NCBI GenBank assembly: GCA_043816185.1
Contig: JBDRIG010000029.1
Location: forward strand, 1 to 15,025
Reading direction: 5' to 3'
Source: Elusimicrobiota bacterium
Lineage (GTDB): Bacteria > Elusimicrobiota > UBA8919
DNA: 15,025 nt
The notes below the pieces were generated by a model. The model did no database searches, was not told the origin of the DNA, and saw nothing but the letters and a program-made list of their open reading frames with translations. Of this stretch, positions 1-7,159 are shown piece after piece. The first letter of the stretch is position 1. The number at the start of each line of letters is the position of its first letter. The translations under genes were made by a program, and so were the position numbers.

Positions 1-138
1 TTTGATCTAAATAATAAACTTTTGGAGTTTGTTGACGACTACAACCAAAACAAAAGACTCAAAAAATTAAATTACAAAACACCATCGCAGTACTTAAAAG
101 ACACAAAAGGAATTACTCTACAACGTATCGTTAGCTAA
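1..138 (+). CDS. C-terminal fragment of an IS481-family (integrase core/DDE) transposase, 5' truncated by the window edge
   Basis: Frame 1 is open from base 1 to TAA at 136-138: FDLNNKLLEFVDDYNQNKRLKKLNYKTPSQYLKDTKGITLQRIVS*. The 'F..xYN..KRLKxL...TP.Q/E(Y/F)' pattern is typical of the C-terminus of IS481-type transposases. Confidence 0.75.
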   Translation, partial: FDLNNKLLEFVDDYNQNKRLKKLNYKTPSQYLKDTKGITLQRIVS

Positions 139-140
139 CA
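1..140 (+). mobile_element. Right end of an IS481-like insertion sequence
   Basis: The transposase stop is followed by ...CTAACA (ACA at 138-140), consistent with the TGT...ACA termini of IS481 elements. The left end is outside the window, so the TIR cannot be confirmed. Confidence 0.55.
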
Positions 141-144
141 ACTA

Positions 145-319
145 CTACTTCGTTAAGTTAGTTTGTTGTTGCGAGGTGAAACCGAAGTAATCTCAGTGAT
201 TGCGAGAGTCAGCAGGACTCGTAGCAATCTCCCTGTGTTGACGTTATGAGATTGCTTCGTCGCTCATTTCATTCGCTACGCCCGCAATGACAGACATTTT
301 GTTGTTGCGACACAGTCTC
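145..319. repeat. Modular REP-like/MITE-like palindromic repeat, copy 1
   Basis: Left cap CTACTTCGTTAAGTTAGTTTGTTGTTGCGAG (145-175). Perfect inner inverted repeat AGCAATCTC (223-231)/GAGATTGCT (248-256). Right cap TTGCGACACAGTCTC (305-319). Bases 248-277 are the exact 30-nt reverse complement of 14888-14917. Confidence 0.85.
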
Positions 320-467
320 AATGATTGACAAATATATTGATTATTTCACGCACAATTTATTGTGTAGAAAAGTAACATCGTAGTAACAAAACATAAAAAC
401 ACATTGTTCGTCCATTTTTCCAATCCCTCCGTCTTAAAATAAATAAAGTAAAAATCGACCACAACTG

Positions 468-496
468 TTGGCAAAAAAATTGATATGTGCGATAAT
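468..496 (+). promoter_or_regulatory. Putative sigma70 promoter for the 535..2970 gene
   Basis: TTGGCA (468-473), 17-nt spacer, GATAAT (491-496), with an extended -10 TG at 488-489; 38 nt upstream of the ATG. Confidence 0.45.
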
Positions 497-534
497 TGTA
501 AAAGTAGATTGCCTATTTCAATTGGATATAAAAT

Positions 535-2970
535 ATGAAAAATTGTTTTTTAATCAAAAAAACCAAAAAGTTTTTGCCGATATTGTTTACCATTTGCAAT
601 TTACTGTTTTATTGCCCAGTATTTGCTACAACGATATCATTTTTTGAAGTTAATTCTGATAGCGTGACGATAAATGTGAATGTTGGGGATAATCCAGTTG
701 AGACAACATATGCATTAAAGTGTATTGTGGGTATTGAAGGTGAAAAAACTACATACTATCTTCAAGCAGATTATACGCTTGCTGATGATGAAGTATATCA
801 AACAAGTTCTACATGGCAAAACGCTGATGGTAAATGGGCCGTAATCGTTTCAACACCAAACCTGCCGATAGAGATTTCCGTGTCAAGCGATAGTGCTGAA
901 TCGGCATACTCGAATTGCATTTCTACTTGGACCCGTCTTGTCGTACCAGAAGCACCAACCGTTATAGGCTGTTACGAATACGGCGCCGGAAGTTTAACAG
1001 GGTATTTCACCAAAATATTCATAAACTCAAGAAATTCGAAGCATACACAGTATGCGATAATGAAGGAGGGGGAATCGTCGTATTTGGATGGTGAAGGACG
1101 TTCTGGTGTTGGTAAAGTGTGGAAAACAAAAACCGAGTGGAATAAACAAGGTGAATACCATATGAACTGTTTATTAAACTGTCCATCAAATTCAGAATTT
1201 AGCTTCGTAATTATTGCAACATCAACTGCTCGAGTCGAGGAGTCACAAGAATCATTAGTATCGGGCTGCACAACACCAGCACAACCGTTTACATTTTCTA
1301 CTACAACGAACCACCAACCACGAGAACAGGAAGACGATTTTATCAAACTTGATTGGGAACCAATTAATGATTATACCAATTTTACTAATTACCAGATTTG
1401 GGCTTTATCACCGATGTATGAAAATTTTGTTTTTATTAGTTCTGTAACAAAATCAGCTACAAGTTTTAATTACGATATTGATGGCTCAACACCTGCAGCA
1501 CCGTTGATAGACGATATAACCGTGAGGGCATTGGGAAACACCGTAACGCTTTCGTGGCCAAATGTTGATATTCCAACAGCATCTCCAACATATAAATACA
1601 AAATTATAGCAGTAGCAGATACTCAAGATTCTATCTACAATGTTTGCATTGCTACTTATCCGCAAGAAGGTAATGGTGTTTGCGTTACCCCCATAATAAA
1701 AGGCTACAAAGTTTATCATCAGCGTAATAATTCATCATATTTATATTCTACAGTAACTTCAACACAGATTATTATTTGGGGTCTTACACTAAATACTACA
1801 CATACTTTTTCTATTTCAGCGATATCTACTGACGATTTAGAATCTCCTAAAATCTCGACATCTGTATATTTGTCTTATTTAACAAGTGAGTTTAATATAA
1901 CTGAGATAAGTGTTTCAATAGGTGCTTTCCAAAACAATATGTTTGTGGGTGTATCAACTTTGCCAGAAATAACCATAAGTTTTAATAAGGTTATTGATAC
2001 AACTACGGTAAATTCAAAAATTTATATAAAAGCAATAAGTGATAACAAAAATATGTCTATTCCTGAATCCGTGCAATCAACTTTGTCTGTATCGGAGAAC
2101 AAAACCACCATCAAACTAAAAGCAGGATTATATTATGGCTATAGATATCAATTAATAATAGATTCTGTGACAGATCTTCTTGGTAATAGTGTTTCTAATA
2201 TTACCGACTTTGACACATTGTACAACTTAAATATTGAAAATAAGATAGTTCCAAAAACAGTCACCTATATAGAAATTTCTGACCTAATAAGTGGTGGTAA
2301 TGGATATATGTTTGTTACTGAAAATCCACAAAAAATAGAGATCGATATTGCAAAAAGTAAACTTGGTTTTAATAATATGCCAGTGGCAACATTTGAGCTT
2401 AATATGTATAACGAGCAAGGAAGTCAACTGAATCAATTTGAAGAATATATTACTATTGGCATTGGCTATTCCGATGTTGGCAATGATGGTTTTGTAGATT
2501 CATTATGTGGTGATAATAGTTGGATTGAAGTAGATTCGCTTGCTATGTGGCATTTAGATGAAGAAAGGAGGGTATGGATGAAATTATTATCGACAGTTGA
2601 CAAAGTTAAAAAAGTTGTGAGTGCGAGAACAAAGCAACTAAGTGCATTTGCTTTGGTGGGAATATTAAGTTATTCTATGGTGGATGTGAAGGTATATCCA
2701 ATACCGTGGATACCTGAAGACAATAGGCCACACACAGGCACGCTTGAGGGAGGAATTACATTTACAGGTTTGCCTTCGGAAGGCGAAATTTCTATCTACA
2801 CGATAACTGGTGATCTTGTAAGAAAATTAAGTTTTGATTTAAACGATAATGCTAATAAAAAATGGGATGGTAAAAATCAAGATGGACAGGATGTAGCAAG
2901 CGGGGTGTATTTGTGGTTTGTAAAAACGGACAAGAATAAAAAAACCGGTAAACTGATGGTTATAAGATAG
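535..2970 (+). CDS. Large secreted/surface protein: signal peptide, FN3-like repeats, Big_5 (SbsA-type) Ig-like domain, C-terminal FlgD-Ig/T9SS-CTD-like domain
   Basis: Basic then hydrophobic N-terminus ending PVFA. FN3-like segments (VTLSWP..., GYKVY...GLTLNTTHTFSISA). Ig-like 'ITISFNKVIDTTTV...YQLIIDSVTDLLGN'. C-terminal 'VKVYPIPWIP...ITFTGLP...ISIYTITGDLVRKL...WDGKNQDGQDVASGVYLW...TGKLMVIR'. Confidence 0.8.
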   Translation: MKNCFLIKKTKKFLPILFTICNLLFYCPVFATTISFFEVNSDSVTINVNVGDNPVETTYALKCIVGIEGEKTTYYLQADYTLADDEVYQTSSTWQNADGKWAVIVSTPNLPIEISVSSDSAESAYSNCISTWTRLVVPEAPTVIGCYEYGAGSLTGYFTKIFINSRNSKHTQYAIMKEGESSYLDGEGRSGVGKVWKTKTEWNKQGEYHMNCLLNCPSNSEFSFVIIATSTARVEESQESLVSGCTTPAQPFTFSTTTNHQPREQEDDFIKLDWEPINDYTNFTNYQIWALSPMYENFVFISSVTKSATSFNYDIDGSTPAAPLIDDITVRALGNTVTLSWPNVDIPTASPTYKYKIIAVADTQDSIYNVCIATYPQEGNGVCVTPIIKGYKVYHQRNNSSYLYSTVTSTQIIIWGLTLNTTHTFSISAISTDDLESPKISTSVYLSYLTSEFNITEISVSIGAFQNNMFVGVSTLPEITISFNKVIDTTTVNSKIYIKAISDNKNMSIPESVQSTLSVSENKTTIKLKAGLYYGYRYQLIIDSVTDLLGNSVSNITDFDTLYNLNIENKIVPKTVTYIEISDLISGGNGYMFVTENPQKIEIDIAKSKLGFNNMPVATFELNMYNEQGSQLNQFEEYITIGIGYSDVGNDGFVDSLCGDNSWIEVDSLAMWHLDEERRVWMKLLSTVDKVKKVVSARTKQLSAFALVGILSYSMVDVKVYPIPWIPEDNRPHTGTLEGGITFTGLPSEGEISIYTITGDLVRKLSFDLNDNANKKWDGKNQDGQDVASGVYLWFVKTDKNKKTGKLMVIR

Positions 2971-3032
2971 AGTTTTATGTATGTAAAAATGTTTGAAAAG
3001 TTTCTTCTGACACGATTATGACGTCGCACATT

Positions 3033-3190
3033 GGGACTGTGTCGCAATAGCAAAATGTGTGCCATTACGAGTGATTTTGTCCGTCATTTAGAGCGAAGCG
3101 AAGCAATCTCGAACTTCAACACCGAGATTGTGAAGTATTACACTTCGGAAGCCTCGCAATGATCAAAAGTAGAGTTATGACACAGTCTCT
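3033..3190. mobile_element. MITE-like copy 2 of the palindromic repeat, with terminal inverted repeats
   Basis: GACTGTGTCGCAA (3035-3047) and TTATGACACAGTC (3175-3187) form an 11/13 inverted repeat. Nested inverted repeats GCCATTACGAG/CTCGCAATGAT and perfect CAATCTCG (3104-3111)/CGAGATTG (3123-3130). CATT flanks both sides (3029-3032, 3191-3194). Confidence 0.75.
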
Positions 3191-3209
3191 CATTTCATGG
3201 GGTGGAGGG

Positions 3210-5885
3210 ATGGAAAGATCGTCAACTAAAATGGATACAAATCAACAAACTCAGGAGCAGTTACTTATCAATAATCAATATCTTACCATAAAAGAAATTG
3301 GTAAGGGTGGATTTGGCGTTGTATGGAAAGCGTATGATTTTAGTTTGAAAAATTTTGTTGCAGTAAAAAAATTACTTGATCATCTTGCAGAACCAAAATT
3401 TATCGAGATGTTTTATAAGGAAGCTCTTATAGCAAAAAATCTTATCAATGACAATATTGTTAGAGTGCATCATTTCTGGCAAAGTAGCGATGGTGGATAT
3501 TATTTATTATTGGATTATATAAGAGGCTATAATTTAGAACACCTACTAAAAAAATGTAGGAAGTCAGATATTAAATTGCCATGGGAAATGGCTATTCATA
3601 TCTGTCTCGGAATACTAAAAGCATTAGATTATGCAAACAGATTAGCAAAAGATCCGTTGACCGAAAAACATTATAAGTTAGTTTACAGAGATATTTCGCT
3701 CGAGAATATACTAATATCGTATCACGGTGTTGTAAAATTAAGTGATTTTGGCATTGCGACCACCGAAGGGACAGTAAGTCGCGAAACCAAACAGCGGATA
3801 ATTACAGGCAAGTATGGCTACATGTCGCCTGAGCAAATAAGAGGAGATATTGATATAGATCATAGGTCAGATATATTTTCCTGTGGCGTAGTGTTATACG
3901 AGATATTATCTAATTCACAATTATTTATAGGTGATACAAGTACAATAAAATCTCAAGTACTTCAAACAAAATTTGATTTTGAACCACTAAAAAAATTAGA
4001 CATACCAGATAAACTTATTGAAATAGTTGCAAAAGCATTAGAAAAAGACAAACAAAAAAGATATCAAACTGCACTTGAGATACTTCACGATTTAAATGAA
4101 ATGTTGAAAGGTCGAGAGATGGAAGAATTGGCAACCGAAGTGTCAAGTTTTGTGTCTCATGTATTTTCTGAAGAACTTTCAAAAGAACAAGAATATATTC
4201 AACAAGTAAAACAATTGAACCTGCAAAATATTTTGAATGACCCAAACGTCAAAAAAATCACTTGCAGGGATTTCATAGTTGGTGGAATGGAACCGATTAT
4301 AGGAGTATCATCACCCACAGTTGGAACCAGTGTAAATGTAGGACCAGAAGAGGCTAAGGGCAAAACGGTTTTCGAGGAAGTCGGCGATTGGCTAACATTA
4401 AAATTCAAATTATACCATAAAATATTTATTAAAGGTTTTTTTGGTGCAGTGATTGCTGCCATTTTATTTATAATATTTGATATATTTATCCCAGGCAATA
4501 TTACACCTATGGGTAAAAAAATACACTTTCATATACATCCGCCAGATGCCATACTTACCACAGTGCCAGTAGGGGTTATTGTAACTATGAAATCCCGCGA
4601 CGATAAAATTATTCTTTCGAAGATTAAAACATCTGAACAAAATTCAACAATTGAACTGAGAAAAATTTTACCAGGAAGTTATATGGTAACTGCTGAAAAA
4701 GAGGGTTTTAATTCTATTACGCAAACTGTAAGAGTCGAAGGGCGCGGCAAAGGAACAAGAAATATTCAGGAAATATATGTTGTTTTAAGTGTTTTCATGA
4801 AAATAGATTCTGAACCATCGGGGGCAGAGGTAAAGATTGACGGAAACAAACTTGGTAATACTCCATGGGAGGGTGAGCTTTTGGCAGGTAAGCATACTGT
4901 AGAGCTTTTATCAGAAGGATTTGAAAAATTAGGGTCAGCAGCAAGAGAAGTAAAAGAAGGTCGATGTAGTTTAAATTTTTCAGAACAGGAAAAAACAAAA
5001 ATATTCGCAGGTGTTGACCAAAAATATTGGGATTGCGAAATCGCCAGTATAAAAGATGTAAATGTAATTAAATTAAAAGGGTATATGTTTAAAAATTTTT
5101 CAGTTAATTCGGCTCCCGAGAGTACATTAGTATTTGTTAACAATGAAGATAAACCGTTTGGAATGACACCTGTTATTATTCCATTAAAATTTGGTGTGCA
5201 TTCTTTGAGATTTTCAAAACCTAGTGGAAAATATCAAGATGCAAATGTAACAGTTAAGGTTGATAAAACAAGTCCTGCGGATGTTTCCATATCTCTTAAT
5301 AAATGGATAACTTTTGTTGTTTATGATAAGGAGCAACCTGAAAAAACTCTTTCTGCCGACGTAAGAATAGAAGGTTCCAATATAAATATTTCTAAAAAAA
5401 CATCTGCTAAAGCACCGCTTAAAGTTGCATTACCCATCAATAAAAAATACAAGGTTATTTTTGATGCTAGAGATGAATATAAATTGTTGAAACTCGAAAA
5501 TATAAATATACAACAGACAGATACTGTTGTTGGAAAGTTAGAACTTCAAGAGCCATCTTTTGAAATTGTTGTAAAAGAGGAAGGAACAAAAACTCCAATC
5601 AGCGGTGCGTTTGTATGGATAGATAATGTCTTAAAGGGTCGTACTGACGATTCGGGATTATGGAAGGATAACGTAGTAGAAAGTACAAGTACGGTAAAGA
5701 TTATCGCAAATGGTTATGTAGAAAAATCGATTAAAAAGGAATTTTTACGCGGTCAAAAAATAGTTCTTAATATTACGTTGCAGTCTGCAATACCAGTTGC
5801 TTGCCCAAAATGTGGCATAAAATATCCGTTTGATACTGAAAAAGTATTTTGTATAGAGTGTGGAGAAAGACTAAAAAAACAATAA
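3210..5885 (+). CDS. Transmembrane Hanks-type Ser/Thr protein kinase with extracytoplasmic PEGA/carboxypeptidase-regulatory-like domains and C-terminal zinc ribbon
   Basis: Kinase motifs GKGGFGVV, VAVK, YRDISLEN, DFG, GKYGYMSPEQ, DHRSDIFSCG. TM helix GFFGAVIAAILFIIFDIF (~4434-4490). PEGA motifs (IDSEPSGAEVKIDG..LGNTP...AGKHTVEL; VNSAPESTLVFVN...GMTP...GVHSLRF). CPKCG...FCIECG at the C-terminus. The ORF-track start (3159) lies inside the MITE, so ATG 3210 or 3231 is more likely. Confidence 0.92.
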   Translation: MERSSTKMDTNQQTQEQLLINNQYLTIKEIGKGGFGVVWKAYDFSLKNFVAVKKLLDHLAEPKFIEMFYKEALIAKNLINDNIVRVHHFWQSSDGGYYLLLDYIRGYNLEHLLKKCRKSDIKLPWEMAIHICLGILKALDYANRLAKDPLTEKHYKLVYRDISLENILISYHGVVKLSDFGIATTEGTVSRETKQRIITGKYGYMSPEQIRGDIDIDHRSDIFSCGVVLYEILSNSQLFIGDTSTIKSQVLQTKFDFEPLKKLDIPDKLIEIVAKALEKDKQKRYQTALEILHDLNEMLKGREMEELATEVSSFVSHVFSEELSKEQEYIQQVKQLNLQNILNDPNVKKITCRDFIVGGMEPIIGVSSPTVGTSVNVGPEEAKGKTVFEEVGDWLTLKFKLYHKIFIKGFFGAVIAAILFIIFDIFIPGNITPMGKKIHFHIHPPDAILTTVPVGVIVTMKSRDDKIILSKIKTSEQNSTIELRKILPGSYMVTAEKEGFNSITQTVRVEGRGKGTRNIQEIYVVLSVFMKIDSEPSGAEVKIDGNKLGNTPWEGELLAGKHTVELLSEGFEKLGSAAREVKEGRCSLNFSEQEKTKIFAGVDQKYWDCEIASIKDVNVIKLKGYMFKNFSVNSAPESTLVFVNNEDKPFGMTPVIIPLKFGVHSLRFSKPSGKYQDANVTVKVDKTSPADVSISLNKWITFVVYDKEQPEKTLSADVRIEGSNINISKKTSAKAPLKVALPINKKYKVIFDARDEYKLLKLENINIQQTDTVVGKLELQEPSFEIVVKEEGTKTPISGAFVWIDNVLKGRTDDSGLWKDNVVESTSTVKIIANGYVEKSIKKEFLRGQKIVLNITLQSAIPVACPKCGIKYPFDTEKVFCIECGERLKKQ

Positions 5886-5904
5886 GTTAATAGATTGATG
5901 AATT

Positions 5905-7137
5905 ATGAAAAAACTACCAAACATTATTATCTTTTTTATTTTATTATATCGGAAATTAAATTCGATATTGATTGCACGAATTAGATGGCAGATTATACCA
6001 CTGCAATTCCGGTATATCAGAACTAATTACAGAAGTATGCAGATTAAAAGCAAACTTATAACGAAGTTGCCTATCTTATTATTGATTGCTTGTTTATTTT
6101 GTAATTATTGTTTTGCAGAGCCCGCAGACGAAAAAATTCAATGCCCTGTTTGTCATAAAGAAATTATTACAACAGACAAGTTTTGTGGATATTGTGGTGC
6201 AAAATCGACCCTTAAGCCACCAAAACAAGCCAAGCCTCCTAAACCCGCAAAGATAAAAAAAGATAGTACATCTAAACTGGAATCGGAAAAAGTTGAGCCG
6301 TCCAAGTCTGCAAAACCAGTCAGTAGATCTAAAAAAATATTGCCTGGCATCTCTAAAAATATTAAAAAAGCAGCATCAAGTAGTTATAAGTTTACCAAAA
6401 GAGCATTGCTTAATGTTTCTAAAATTGTTAAAAGAGCGATATCGAGTAATTATGAATTTGGTAGAAAAAAGGCTGTTAGGGCGGGCGAAGTAAGGATTGG
6501 TAATTATCGTATTTTAAATCCCAAGAAGTCTCTAAAAGTGGAAAATATTGAGCAGGTGATATTGAATTTAGATCTTCGCACTGATTTAGGGAATTTAAAA
6601 CACATACTAAAAAATAGTGATATTGAATATGGCGTATTGCTAAATAATTTTTATATGTCCACTATGCATATTCCTAAAAACTCTTATTCCATGAATTATG
6701 CAGACAATGAATATACATCTGCAGCAAATATATTTCGCGGTATATTTTATCTTAAATTTCTCGACGGTAGGCCACAAAACAACTACAATAGATTGAGAAA
6801 AGTTGATTTATTGATGGGCATAGGAGTTGTTAAATCCAACTTATTTATTACTACTCCAAATTATCCAACTAAACATTTCGCTGGGGTTTATCCTACGGGT
6901 CATGCTCAACTTGAAGTGCCTTTAAATCAACATTTTCAGTTTTTGTTCACAGGTAATCTTGTGAGTATTAGAGGCAATTCAAGAACATATAACTATAATA
7001 GTTGCAGTTATGAAATATTTATACAACCAGACGAATATGCTGCCTGGCGATTTAGTATAGGACAAAGAATACAACGGTCTGCTATAAGTCAATCTGTGAG
7101 CAATATGTTAACATTAAATTTTGAGTGGGGTTGGTAA
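5905..7137 (+). CDS. Hypothetical exported protein: zinc ribbon, Lys/Pro-rich linker, putative C-terminal outer-membrane beta-barrel (true start possibly ATG 6037)
   Basis: From Met at 6037 there is a signal-peptide-like MQIKSKLITKLPILLLIACLFCNYCFA, then CPVCH...FCGYCG and KPPKQAKPPKPAK. The C-terminal half has alternating amphipathic strands and ends LTLNFEWGW (terminal aromatic residue). Confidence 0.6.
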   Translation: MKKLPNIIIFFILLYRKLNSILIARIRWQIIPLQFRYIRTNYRSMQIKSKLITKLPILLLIACLFCNYCFAEPADEKIQCPVCHKEIITTDKFCGYCGAKSTLKPPKQAKPPKPAKIKKDSTSKLESEKVEPSKSAKPVSRSKKILPGISKNIKKAASSSYKFTKRALLNVSKIVKRAISSNYEFGRKKAVRAGEVRIGNYRILNPKKSLKVENIEQVILNLDLRTDLGNLKHILKNSDIEYGVLLNNFYMSTMHIPKNSYSMNYADNEYTSAANIFRGIFYLKFLDGRPQNNYNRLRKVDLLMGIGVVKSNLFITTPNYPTKHFAGVYPTGHAQLEVPLNQHFQFLFTGNLVSIRGNSRTYNYNSCSYEIFIQPDEYAAWRFSIGQRIQRSAISQSVSNMLTLNFEWGW

Positions 7138-7159
7138 AGGGAGATCTGGAGATTGTGCC

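Noticed and set aside
145..319. Repeats as a CRISPR array or an integron attC array
   Set aside because: No regular repeat-spacer periodicity and no cas genes. Copies are dispersed between housekeeping genes and lack RYYYAAC...GTTRRRY attC ends.
325..356. Perfect TTGACA at 325-330 as a promoter
   Set aside because: No acceptable -10 hexamer at 16-18 nt spacing.
341..415. Small ORF 'FMFCYYDV' as a Cas2 N-terminus
   Set aside because: Only 24 aa, resemblance limited to a YDV triplet, and no CRISPR context.
972..1719. Antisense ORFs 972..1346 and 1486..1719, and the similar short ORFs overlapping the kinase, ORF3, ddl, ftsQ, pilD, kdsB, rfaE1, the DHS-like gene and trxB
   Set aside because: Shadow ORFs overlapping well-supported genes, with no recognisable motifs.
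2877..3065. 62-aa minus-strand ORF
   Set aside because: Starts inside the MITE and runs antisense into the 811-aa gene; probably spurious.
3159..3209. ORF-track start of the kinase at 3159
   Set aside because: Lies within the MITE (VMTQS is the translated TIR); downstream ATGs at 3210 or 3231 fit the kinase domain boundary better.
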